Positions 1 to 7,882 of a stretch of 19,507 bases of DNA are shown here, one piece after another. The notes beneath the pieces were generated by a model. The model searched no databases. It was given only the letters and a program-made list of their open reading frames with translations, and was not told the DNA's origin. The DNA comes from Sulfurimonadaceae bacterium. Its GTDB lineage: Bacteria; Campylobacterota; Campylobacteria; Campylobacterales; Sulfurimonadaceae. The DNA lies in the NCBI GenBank assembly GCA_041571435.1, contig JBFFUI010000040.1, positions 1 to 19,507 of the forward strand, in the 5' to 3' direction. A program made the position numbers and the translations under genes. The first letter of the stretch is position 1. Each line of letters begins with the position of its first letter.

Positions 1-1468
1 GCCGATGCTCAATGAAGAGACCTTTATGTACATGCCGGTCACCCCCTACGGTATCAGTGTGGACCAGAGCAAGATATTGACGCAGAAAACGGACAAGATC
101 ATCAAGTCGTTTCCCGAGGTGAAGAGCGTTTTCGGAAAAGGCGGCCGTGCCGACAGTGCAACAGACCCGGCCCCTTTGGGGATGCTGGAGACCATCATCA
201 CCTTTAAAGAGAAAAGCGAGTGGCGCGAGGGGATGACCTATGAGAAACTGATGGCTGAGATGGAAGAGGCCTTGCAGGTACCGGGGCTTGTCAACTCATG
301 GACCTATCCGATCCGCGGCCGCATCGACATGCTCCTCAGCGGTATTCGCACCCCTCTCGGCATCAAGCTCTACGGCAGCAGTGCCGAAGAGCTTCAATAT
401 ACTGCCAAGAAGATCGAAGGCGTGTTGCGCGACTTCAACAAGACGCTTTCCGTAGTGGCAGATCGGGCAAGTGCAGGGTATTACATCGATATCGATATCC
501 ATAAAGAGATGCTGGCACACTATGATGTTTCTGCATCGGAGCTTCTGGCGTATACGGCCTCTGCCATCGGCGGGATGAAGATCTCGACCATGTACAAAGG
601 TCTGGAGCGTTACCCTATCACGTTGCGCTTTGAAGAGGAGGAGCGCCGAAGCCTGGAGGATATCCGCAACATCATGATCAAGACTAAACGGGGGTTTGTA
701 CCCTTGGCTACCTTTGCGAACGTCGCGTACCGAGAGAGCGCTTCGGTCATCAAAAGCGAGATGGCAACGCCGGTCACCTTTATCTACATCACGCCGGTGG
801 AAGGGATTTCGGCAACAGCTTACAAGGAAGCAGCCAAAAAACTGGTAGAGAGTGTCGCACTGCCGGAGGGTTTTTATATCGAGTGGGCGGGGCAGTCGGA
901 GTATTTGGAGTCGGCAATGCGTAAGATCGTCTGGATCGTCCCGACGGTGCTGATGGTGATCTTGGTGCTGATCTATCTGGCACTGAAAGAGCTTGTGCCG
1001 ACACTCATCGTCTTTGTCACGCTGCCGTTTGCTTTAGTGGGCGGATTGCTCTATGTCGAGATGCTGGATTTCAACATGAGTATTGCCGTGATCGTCGGTT
1101 TCCTGGCACTACTTGGCGTCGCCGCCGAAACGGCAATCGTCATGATCGTCTATCTAAAAGAGAGTGTCGAGGAGGCGATGAACCGATGGGGTGATGCTTA
1201 TGATCACAGTCATCTCAACCAGGCGATCTATGAAGGTGCCGTGCAGCGGATTCGCCCAAAACTGATGACGGTCTTCGCCATTTTGGCAGGTCTCTTGCCG
1301 ATCATGTACAACCACGGCGTCGGCTCCGAGATCACCCAGCGCATTGCGGCACCGATGATAGGCGGTATCGTCTCGTCCGCGGTACTGAGCCTTATCATCA
1401 TCCCGCTGTTGTACGAGATCTATGCAAAAGTACAGTTGCGCAACAGGAGAAAAAGGAGAATATCATGA
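1..1468 (+). CDS. cusA: CusA/CzcA-family heavy-metal RND efflux pump, Cu(I)/Ag(I) type; 5'-truncated by the window edge
   Basis: The frame is open from the window start. Motifs FGKGGRADSATDPAPLGMLET, WTYPIRGRIDML and GAVQRIRPKLMTV, plus C-terminal TM helices. The three Met matching the E. coli CusA Cu-binding triad are present (YMP, GMLET, IDML). Confidence 0.93.
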   Translation, partial: PMLNEETFMYMPVTPYGISVDQSKILTQKTDKIIKSFPEVKSVFGKGGRADSATDPAPLGMLETIITFKEKSEWREGMTYEKLMAEMEEALQVPGLVNSWTYPIRGRIDMLLSGIRTPLGIKLYGSSAEELQYTAKKIEGVLRDFNKTLSVVADRASAGYYIDIDIHKEMLAHYDVSASELLAYTASAIGGMKISTMYKGLERYPITLRFEEEERRSLEDIRNIMIKTKRGFVPLATFANVAYRESASVIKSEMATPVTFIYITPVEGISATAYKEAAKKLVESVALPEGFYIEWAGQSEYLESAMRKIVWIVPTVLMVILVLIYLALKELVPTLIVFVTLPFALVGGLLYVEMLDFNMSIAVIVGFLALLGVAAETAIVMIVYLKESVEEAMNRWGDAYDHSHLNQAIYEGAVQRIRPKLMTVFAILAGLLPIMYNHGVGSEITQRIAAPMIGGIVSSAVLSLIIIPLLYEIYAKVQLRNRRKRRIS

Positions 1469-1827
1469 ACAGAGTATGGACACTCCTCTTTGGGGCAATG
1501 GTGGTCTGGAGTATTGGCGGCTGCAGCAGTGACCGGGATGATGCACCTAAAGAGAGTAGCTCTATCGGCGGCATGAAGTGCGGTGCCGGCAAGTGCGGGG
1601 GCACTATCTTAGACGGCAATGCGCTCCTGGCAAAGAAGAAGACAAATGTTATGATGCAGATGCGAGAAGACGACACACGACGAGTCTGTGTTATGACGGC
1701 AAAAAGCACCAAAGCGCTTTATGATTGTGTCCGTAATCCGGAGAACGGAAAACTCACTAAAAAATGCGGCGCCATGCAAATTGGTGAGACGATGAAGTGC
1801 GGTGCGGGCAAGTGCGGCACCAAATGA
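1465..1827 (+). CDS. Cys/Met-rich lipoprotein with two MKCGAGKCG repeats (HvfA-like KCG-repeat, putative copper-binding protein)
   Basis: ATGA overlap with the cusA stop and an AAGGAG RBS upstream. Hydrophobic signal ends in lipobox-like IGGC20. Eight Cys in total, with MKCGAGKCG at aa 37-45 and 110-118. Confidence 0.8.
   Translation: MNRVWTLLFGAMVVWSIGGCSSDRDDAPKESSSIGGMKCGAGKCGGTILDGNALLAKKKTNVMMQMREDDTRRVCVMTAKSTKALYDCVRNPENGKLTKKCGAMQIGETMKCGAGKCGTK
1573..1817 (+). repeat. Intragenic 26-bp direct repeat (1573-1598 and 1792-1817) encoding MKCGAGKCG
   Basis: atgaagtgcggtgccggcaagtgcgg versus atgaagtgcggtgcgggcaagtgcgg, with one synonymous mismatch. Confidence 0.9.
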
Positions 1828-1947
1828 TGATCTTTTCGCTCCGTTTTTAGATACTTCATACAGCTTCGTTTGGCAGCTATCTGTACAGAAAGTAACACCG
1901 CATGCAGAGATGTGAAACCAGTTCTTTGCAGATAAGTCTTTATCGTA

Positions 1948-1953
1948 TATAAT
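1948..1953 (+). promoter_or_regulatory. Putative sigma70 -10 box for the thioredoxin/globin genes
   Basis: Perfect TATAAT about 50 nt upstream of ATG 2001 in an AT-rich intergenic stretch. Confidence 0.5.
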
Positions 1954-2000
1954 ATTATAGTATTTAAATGATAGAGTGAGATTATACAAAGGGCTTGAAT

Positions 2001-2429
2001 ATGAAAATAGTGTTAACACTACTGAGTATGCTCTGCTCTTTGATGGCGGCTGATGCAGCCGTTGCTGCGAAGTTGTTGGGATACGAAAGCGATTATCAAA
2101 CAGCCGTTTCAAAAGCAAAGCAAGAGAACAAGATGGTCCTGATGGTCATTGTCCAGGACCCTTGTCGCTACTGCGATCGTCTGGTGAAGGAGACATTGTC
2201 AACGCCCTGTGTCCAAAGACGAATGAAACACTTTGTCCCACTTATCGTTGACAAACACAGTGACTACCCTCGACAGTTCAAGCCGCCGATGATACCGATG
2301 AGTTTCATCGTGGATCCGGTGCGTGAAGAGGTGACGTTTGAGATCGTTGGTGCGATACCGTTCAAAGAGTATATTCATGATCTCGAGACCGAGATAGAGT
2401 TTCGGGATATCGAAGATACAGGCAATTGA
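2001..2429 (+). CDS. Exported thioredoxin-fold protein (SoxW/Thioredoxin_7-like), CRYC active site
   Basis: Signal peptide MKIVLTLLSMLCSLMA, then AVSKAKQENKMVLMVI..DPCRYC and cis-Pro loop MIPMSF. ATG 2001 is preferred over TTG 1995 because of spacing from the AAAGGG RBS. Confidence 0.85.
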   Translation: MKIVLTLLSMLCSLMAADAAVAAKLLGYESDYQTAVSKAKQENKMVLMVIVQDPCRYCDRLVKETLSTPCVQRRMKHFVPLIVDKHSDYPRQFKPPMIPMSFIVDPVREEVTFEIVGAIPFKEYIHDLETEIEFRDIEDTGN

Positions 2430-2446
2430 TTTTAAGGAGAAGATAG

Positions 2447-2893
2447 ATGTTGGATTTAACAATAACAGCAGGCAAGATCGGTGAATTCCCGCCAGTGACC
2501 AAACCGCACCCCGGTTTTTTGTATGAGGTTGGCGAAGAGCGTTTCCGAGAATTGGTGAATGATCACTATGAGATGATCCGTGAAAGCGACATCGCAAACC
2601 TCTTCCCGGTGGACGATGAGGATTTTGCAGAGGCACAAAAGCATGCGCAGGACTTTCTTATTCAGATCTGCGGCGGGCCGAACTACTTTGAACAGACCCG
2701 CGGTGAAGCACGTATTGTCGGCCGTCATGCACCGTTTCGTATAGACGAAGAGGGGCGCCAGACATGGTTACGTCTTTACAGCTACCTGCTTCCGGACCTT
2801 CTCGATGAGGGGATCACGGAGGAGTATGTCCAGTCGTTCTGGAACTATCTCGACCTGCACTCCATCTGGATGATCAATACACCAAGCCGATAA
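2447..2893 (+). CDS. Truncated (2/2) haemoglobin, group II-like
   Basis: FLIQICGGPNYF..RG..RIVGRHAPFRID...W pattern with proximal His and G8 Trp. AAGGAG RBS upstream. Confidence 0.88.
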   Translation: MLDLTITAGKIGEFPPVTKPHPGFLYEVGEERFRELVNDHYEMIRESDIANLFPVDDEDFAEAQKHAQDFLIQICGGPNYFEQTRGEARIVGRHAPFRIDEEGRQTWLRLYSYLLPDLLDEGITEEYVQSFWNYLDLHSIWMINTPSR

Positions 2894-2903
2894 ACTCTCT
2901 TTA

Positions 2904-2939
2904 GACTTAAAGTCCTTGTCTAATCAAGGGACTTTAGTC
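2904..2939. terminator. Stem-loop after the globin gene (terminator or REP-like palindrome)
   Basis: GACTTAAAGTCCTTG-tctaat-CAAGGGACTTTAGTC imperfect inverted repeat starting 11 nt after the stop. Confidence 0.6.
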
Positions 2940-2993
2940 GCAGACAAAAACTAACCCGATAGACTATAATAATGTTAACACGTCAAAGGACAT

Positions 2994-3512
2994 ATGATGA
3001 AAAAGATTATTGTGTTTTTAATGATGGCCGTTATGGTTTTCGGTGTGGAACTTACCGTGGACAAAAAAGCTTCATCAGTCGGTTTTGAAGCAACACAGAT
3101 GATGTTTATAAATGTAGAAGGCAGTTTCAACGACTTCAGTGGCACAATCACCGTACTGGGCGATAAGATCACCGCCATCAATGGTGAGGTAACTGTCCTT
3201 TCGCTGAAGACAGACAATGAACGGCGTGATGATCACCTCTTAAGCAGTGACTTTTTTGATGAGGTGAAGTACAAATCGATTATCTTTAGATCCACAAAGA
3301 TCACAGGTAATACTGTCGTAGCGGACATCACGATAAAAGATATTACAAAACCTGTCACCTTTACAATGGAGAAGATCGAGGTCAGTGAAACAGGTGTGAA
3401 GATAAAACTCAGCGGTGTTGTCGATCGCACGGCCTTCGATATAGACAACAGCTTTATGAGTACGATAGTCTACGATAATATCGATGTTATGTCGACACTG
3501 ATCGCCAAATAG
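2994..3512 (+). CDS. yceI: YceI-family periplasmic lipid/polyisoprenoid-binding protein
   Basis: Signal peptide, SSVGF, VEGSFNDFSGTI, SLKTDNERRDDHLLSSDFFD, ITIKDITKPVTF and VDRTAFDI. TATAAT at 2965-2970 and an AAGGA RBS. Confidence 0.92.
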   Translation: MMKKIIVFLMMAVMVFGVELTVDKKASSVGFEATQMMFINVEGSFNDFSGTITVLGDKITAINGEVTVLSLKTDNERRDDHLLSSDFFDEVKYKSIIFRSTKITGNTVVADITIKDITKPVTFTMEKIEVSETGVKIKLSGVVDRTAFDIDNSFMSTIVYDNIDVMSTLIAK

Positions 3513-3591
3513 ACACGACGTTACCGAGTTACCGACTGACTCAGCTGATTTGCTCTTAGGGTCATCTTTACACAATGACTCCACGCTTACA

Positions 3592-3600
3592 TGATATAAT
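3592..3600 (+). promoter_or_regulatory. Extended -10 promoter (TGnTATAAT)
   Basis: TGATATAAT ending 37 nt before ATG 3638. Confidence 0.6.
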
Positions 3601-3637
3601 CTCACCATAAATTCGTATGTTGAGAAGGAAATCCTTA

Positions 3638-4027
3638 ATGAAAAAATTGTTCCTGCTGTTATTGTTTCTAAGCTCTGCACTCTTTGCTGATCTGAATTGG
3701 GCAGAAGATTATGAGACAGGACTGGCCCAAGCCAAGAAAGAGAACAAAAAAGTGATGCTTATGTTTACGCTTAGTGCCTGTCAAGTATGTGAGAAGATGA
3801 AAGAAGAGGTCTACACGCAAAAGAAAGTAATGGACTATGTCGAGAAGTACTTTGTCCCGATCGAGCTTAACCTTGACCTTGATGACAAAGAGGGGTTTGA
3901 GGTTTTTGGAACGCCGACGTTCTACTTCCTGGACAGTAATGGAAAACAGATCGGCGACGTCAAGATCGGCGGTTCAACAGTGGAAGGCTTTATGAAAAAG
4001 CTTAAAGAGATACAGGCGGCCAAGTAA
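3638..4027 (+). CDS. Exported thioredoxin-fold protein, CQVC active site
   Basis: AAGGAA RBS then MKKLFLLLLFLSSALFA signal. W..DY..GL..AKKENKKVMLMF....CQVC and GTPTFYFLD. Confidence 0.88.
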   Translation: MKKLFLLLLFLSSALFADLNWAEDYETGLAQAKKENKKVMLMFTLSACQVCEKMKEEVYTQKKVMDYVEKYFVPIELNLDLDDKEGFEVFGTPTFYFLDSNGKQIGDVKIGGSTVEGFMKKLKEIQAAK

Positions 4028-4122
4028 AAAGCCTGAAGAGATTTAGGAACAAAACCGCTGTTTTGTCTTTCTGTTGTTTTTGCTTGCGTTATAATAAAAC
4101 CGAGAAGAGGAGGTTTGACTCT

Positions 4123-4512
4123 ATGCATAAATATCTATTGATCCTTGTTTTTGTGGCAACATCGCTTTTTGCTGATATTAAATGGGCAGAAGATTACAAG
4201 TCTGCGCTCAAAGAGGCAGAAAAAGTGAACAAAAAAGTAATGCTCGTTTTTACAGATGAGAATTGTGAAGAGTGTGAGGCGATGCGTAAAGCGGTCTTCA
4301 CTGATGCAGAGGTGTCAAAGTTGGCAAACAGCCGTTTTGTATCTGTTGAGATCGATGTCGAATATGACGGCAGAAAAGGCTATAAAGTCTTTAAAACACC
4401 GACATTCTACTTTTTAGACCCTAAGGGCAAGCAGATCGGAGATGCAGTGGTCGGCGCCTATGATGCTGCGGCATTTTTAGCAAAACTCCAAGAGATAGAG
4501 CAGAGTAAATAG
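4123..4512 (+). CDS. Exported thioredoxin-fold protein, CEEC active site (tandem paralog of the preceding gene)
   Basis: TATAAT at 4090-4095 and GAGGAGG RBS before ATG 4123. Signal peptide, CEEC and KTPTFYFLDPKGKQIG. Confidence 0.88.
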   Translation: MHKYLLILVFVATSLFADIKWAEDYKSALKEAEKVNKKVMLVFTDENCEECEAMRKAVFTDAEVSKLANSRFVSVEIDVEYDGRKGYKVFKTPTFYFLDPKGKQIGDAVVGAYDAAAFLAKLQEIEQSK

Positions 4513-4545
4513 GGTAAAATACGCGAATTAAAACGAGGATACCCC

Positions 4546-4812
4546 ATGACAAAAACCGAAGAACTTATCGACCTGCTGAACAATGACATCATTCCTGAGA
4601 TCGAAGACGTCATTGATGGACTTTTTGAACTGATTAACGATGCAAAAACGGCGACAGACGCGGACAAGCAGGAGCTCAATGAGTTACAGGAGCTTAAAAC
4701 CGAGTTTAAAATGATGTTAGAAGAGGCGATGAGCGGCGAACTTGAAGAAGATGAAGCTGCCGAGATCCTTGACGAGATCGAAGAGATGCGCACAGAGGCC
4801 GAAGAGGCGTAA
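4546..4812 (+). CDS. Small, highly acidic helical hypothetical protein (88 aa)
   Basis: GAGGA RBS and TAAAAT at 4515-4520. 31 of 88 residues are D/E versus 6 K/R. Confidence 0.8.
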   Translation: MTKTEELIDLLNNDIIPEIEDVIDGLFELINDAKTATDADKQELNELQELKTEFKMMLEEAMSGELEEDEAAEILDEIEEMRTEAEEA

Positions 4813-6102
4813 TTACCCTTTCTGCAGCATGATGAGCTTCTCTTTTTGAGAACGGCTCATTTTCTTAACTTCTATCTCCCTTTTCAAAGCAGCGCTTTTC
4901 GAGCGCTGCCTCTCCTCATAAACCAATTTAACAGGACGGCGGGCTTTGGTGTATTTGGCACCTTTTGGCGAACGGTTATGGTCGTCTACCCGTTTGTTGA
5001 CCTCTTTGGCAATGCCGGTGTAATACGTGTTGTCGGCACACTCTACAATATAGAGCGAATAAAACGCGTCGTCTTCAAGCTCGATCGTATTATTAAAAAA
5101 CGTCATCCCTGTTCCGGTAGGAATCTTTTTATAGAGCAGGGGACTGTCGAGATCGATATAGCTGAAGGCGTCGTTGTAGGCCATGACGAGTTGGGCTGTA
5201 AGGGCTATGGAGGTCGGTCCCTCCAGCATCGAACCCATCATACACTTTACCCCCTTTTGTTGACAGTACACTATGATCTCGATCGCTTTGGAGATGCCCC
5301 CGCACTTCATCAGCTTAATATTGATAAGATCGGCGGCGTTCTCTTCGATGACTTTTTTGGCATCGTCCAGTGTAAAGACAGCTTCGTCAGCCAAGATGGG
5401 AATAGTGCTTTGTTGCGAGATGATCTTGAGCCCTTGAATATCACTGCCGAGCACAGGCTGCTCGATCAACTCGATTTGCAGCGGTGCAATGGCTTTAATG
5501 ATCTCCAGCGACTTGTCCACACTCCAAGCCTGATTGGCATCAATAAGCAGACGGGCTTCGGGAACAGCTTCTCTGACAGCAGTAATACGGTCCGTATCAA
5601 GTCCATCTTTGCCGCCGACCTTGACTTTCAGGATCGTATAACCGTGCCCGAAGGCGGACAAGGCATCATCCGCCATCTCTTTCGGGCTTTTGAGACTGAT
5701 GGTGACAGCCGTCTCAAGAGGTTTTGGCAGGGAACCTAAAAATTCGACCAGGCTACTGTTCTGCGCCGCCGCCGCAAGATCGTAGAGTGCCATGTCGACC
5801 GCCGACTTGGCACTGCTGTTGCCGTCGCAGCAAGTGTGCAAGATCTCCAGAACCCTGGGGAGGTTGAATGCCTCTCCGACCAGTTTCGGGGCGATACGCT
5901 TTTTGATCGTCCGGGAGATGCTGTCGAGATCTTCGCCGGTGATGGCTTTGGTCGCAGGCGCGCCGCCATACCCTAGATGGGGCGTGTCCGTATGGATACA
6001 GACGCGAACGTTTTCAACATCATCCACTCTGCGCAACGCCGTGATAAAAGGGGTCTGAAGTGGAATCTTTTCGATCTCCAGTGTGATACCCGTGATGATC
6101 AT
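4813..6102 (-). CDS. L-Ala-D/L-Glu dipeptide epimerase (enolase superfamily) fused to a C-terminal GIY-YIG (UPF0213/YhbQ-like) nuclease domain
   Basis: Epimerase motifs PFITALR, LKVKVG, DANQ, IEQP, ADE, NIKLMKCGG and DLD. Residues 347-429 read YIVECADNTYYTGI..R...HN..GAKYTKARRPVKLVY....ALKREIEVKKM. Single open frame with ATGA coupling to the upstream gene. Confidence 0.9.
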   Translation of the reverse strand: MIITGITLEIEKIPLQTPFITALRRVDDVENVRVCIHTDTPHLGYGGAPATKAITGEDLDSISRTIKKRIAPKLVGEAFNLPRVLEILHTCCDGNSSAKSAVDMALYDLAAAAQNSSLVEFLGSLPKPLETAVTISLKSPKEMADDALSAFGHGYTILKVKVGGKDGLDTDRITAVREAVPEARLLIDANQAWSVDKSLEIIKAIAPLQIELIEQPVLGSDIQGLKIISQQSTIPILADEAVFTLDDAKKVIEENAADLINIKLMKCGGISKAIEIIVYCQQKGVKCMMGSMLEGPTSIALTAQLVMAYNDAFSYIDLDSPLLYKKIPTGTGMTFFNNTIELEDDAFYSLYIVECADNTYYTGIAKEVNKRVDDHNRSPKGAKYTKARRPVKLVYEERQRSKSAALKREIEVKKMSRSQKEKLIMLQKG

Positions 6103-7235
6103 ACCGCGACAGCCTGCAGGATGTAGCCGATGGCAAGCCCGGCAAATGTGCCTATCATGTAGCCCATGATCGCCATCAAAACAGCGATACCGATCAGAGA
6201 GCGGTGGTACGCTGCAGCCAGAATAGGAGCCGATGCAACCCCGCCGATGTTGGCAAGCGAGGCGACACCGATACTGAAGAGGTCAAGCTTGAAGAGCTTG
6301 GCGACGACGGTCATGATTAGGGCATGCAACAGCAGGATAAGCAGACCAATACCAAGGTAAAGCGGCACTTCACTAAAACCGCGAAGGTGGGCCTGCGAAC
6401 CGATAAGCGCAATTAGAACCATCAGCATTGCACTGGCGAGTGCGGGTGAGCCGGCAACACTTTTCAAGGGGGTGCGTGAACCCAGCAGACCAAAGAACGT
6501 GGCGAAAAGGACACTCCATGTCGTCTTGGAAAGTCCGCCCAACAGAGATGCAAGGCTGTTACTGAGGTAGGCTACGGCAAGGGAGACGATAAACAGAAGC
6601 ATCAGGTTGAGAGGGTTAAGGGGGTGCTTTTTTTGCTCTACATCTTCGTCCACCGTTTTAAAGCGCAGCGGTGCCTTGGTCCAACGGTTGAAGATCGGGG
6701 CAAAAGCGACCAAGAAAAGCAGGGTCATCACCCAGAGGGTGTAGTCGATGGAGTCGACGATAAGTGCGTACCCCATCAGCTCTTCACGTACATCAAGTGC
6801 CGCCGCAACAGCGAGCATATTGGCCGTACCGCCCGTCCAGCTGCCCGCAAGTGTGGCAAACACGCCGGCGGCATCCAGGTCCAGTGAGAAGAGCCAGAAG
6901 AGTGCGACGAATGCGATGGCGAGCGAGAGTACCGATGCGACGTAGGCGATAATAAGCGATCGCCCGAGACCTGCAAACGCTTTGAGATCGATCTGCAACA
7001 GCATAACAAAGAGCATGGCCGGCAGAAGAACCGTTTTAACGCTTTTATAGCTGTCTCGGATGGGCGTACTCTCCTGCCAAAAACCGAGTTGGGCCAATCC
7101 CATAGCGGCTGCATAGATCAGGACGACTGCAGGCAAGAAGGTGAACAATCTGTGTTTTGTGCTCTTCTCAACTGCACCAAAGAGTGCAGCAAGCAGGGCA
7201 ACAGTGAAGAGGTATAGAAGCGGGGACGTTATCAT
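6099..7235 (-). CDS. DUF819-like multi-pass membrane protein (putative transporter)
   Basis: About 10-11 hydrophobic segments and two Gly-rich motifs, GSWTGGTANM and SLANIGGVASAP, typical of DUF819. ATGA overlaps on both sides. Confidence 0.8.
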   Translation of the reverse strand: MITSPLLYLFTVALLAALFGAVEKSTKHRLFTFLPAVVLIYAAAMGLAQLGFWQESTPIRDSYKSVKTVLLPAMLFVMLLQIDLKAFAGLGRSLIIAYVASVLSLAIAFVALFWLFSLDLDAAGVFATLAGSWTGGTANMLAVAAALDVREELMGYALIVDSIDYTLWVMTLLFLVAFAPIFNRWTKAPLRFKTVDEDVEQKKHPLNPLNLMLLFIVSLAVAYLSNSLASLLGGLSKTTWSVLFATFFGLLGSRTPLKSVAGSPALASAMLMVLIALIGSQAHLRGFSEVPLYLGIGLLILLLHALIMTVVAKLFKLDLFSIGVASLANIGGVASAPILAAAYHRSLIGIAVLMAIMGYMIGTFAGLAIGYILQAVAV

Positions 7236-7876
7236 CTGCAGGGCGCTTGTTTAAGTTCAGGCAGAGCCTTGTTGAGTTTATGCATAAACGCTTTACCCGG
7301 GTCCTCTTTTTCCGTGCGATACTCTCTGTCTCTCTCCAGCCAGAGAGGGGTATTCTCAAAACAGCGATAATCCGAGTGACCGATAAGGTAGTCGATAGTG
7401 TTGTATTTTTTTGTAAGATAGGTGATGAGCGCGATGTTGGCTTTGAGCTGTCTCTCTGTCAGCGTACCGAGATTTCCGACATTTTCAATACCGATACTGC
7501 TGTAGTTCAGACCGATGACGTGCCGACCCATCCAGTTGTCGGGCATGAGTTGATAGATGGTCCCGTCTCGGTCGATCAGGTAAGCAACAGAGACATTGGC
7601 ACTTACACTGTTGCCGGAGATGTCTTTACGGCTTGAGGGCAGCTCCTCACGGTCAAAGGCGTCAAATGAGCCCTGCAGCGTCGGTATGGCAGTATAGTGG
7701 ACAACGATAATTCTTGGCGTAATCGTGATCGTTTCGGGAGACAACCCATAATGCTGACGAATATAGTCGCGTGTCAGCCCTTGACGATGCTCACTGAATT
7801 TAATAGGTTTTTGGATGATCTCTACAGCGTAGATAATGTTTGTTAGAGTAAAAAATGCAAGTATTAATTTAATCAT
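7232..7876 (-). CDS. Exported N-acetylmuramoyl-L-alanine amidase (Amidase_2/AmpD/PGRP fold)
   Basis: IVVHYT, YLIDRDGTIYQL, HVIGLNYSSIGIENVG, LIGHSD and KEDPG supply the Zn ligands H/H/D and the catalytic Glu. A signal peptide starts at MIKLILAFF (ATG 7876). Confidence 0.88.
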   Translation of the reverse strand: MIKLILAFFTLTNIIYAVEIIQKPIKFSEHRQGLTRDYIRQHYGLSPETITITPRIIVVHYTAIPTLQGSFDAFDREELPSSRKDISGNSVSANVSVAYLIDRDGTIYQLMPDNWMGRHVIGLNYSSIGIENVGNLGTLTERQLKANIALITYLTKKYNTIDYLIGHSDYRCFENTPLWLERDREYRTEKEDPGKAFMHKLNKALPELKQAPCR

Positions 7877-7882
7877 AGGGTG

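Noticed and set aside
1931-1959. GATAA-gtct-TTATC inverted repeat and TATAATATTATA palindrome as operator sites
   Set aside because: Both are short and AT-only or nearly so, and the spacing does not fit a 7-1-7 Fur/PerR box. They cannot be distinguished from chance.
1609-2118. 169-aa minus-strand ORF spanning the 1828-2000 gap
   Set aside because: It overlaps two better-supported genes and crosses an AT-rich promoter region, and its composition is not protein-like.
3520-3535. Tandem 8-mer GTTACCGA x2 after yceI
   Set aside because: Only two copies with no spacers, so it is neither a CRISPR array nor an iteron set.
4846-5739. 297-aa plus-strand ORF antisense to the epimerase
   Set aside because: It has no recognisable motifs and lies wholly within a well-supported gene. 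This is a typical antisense shadow frame.
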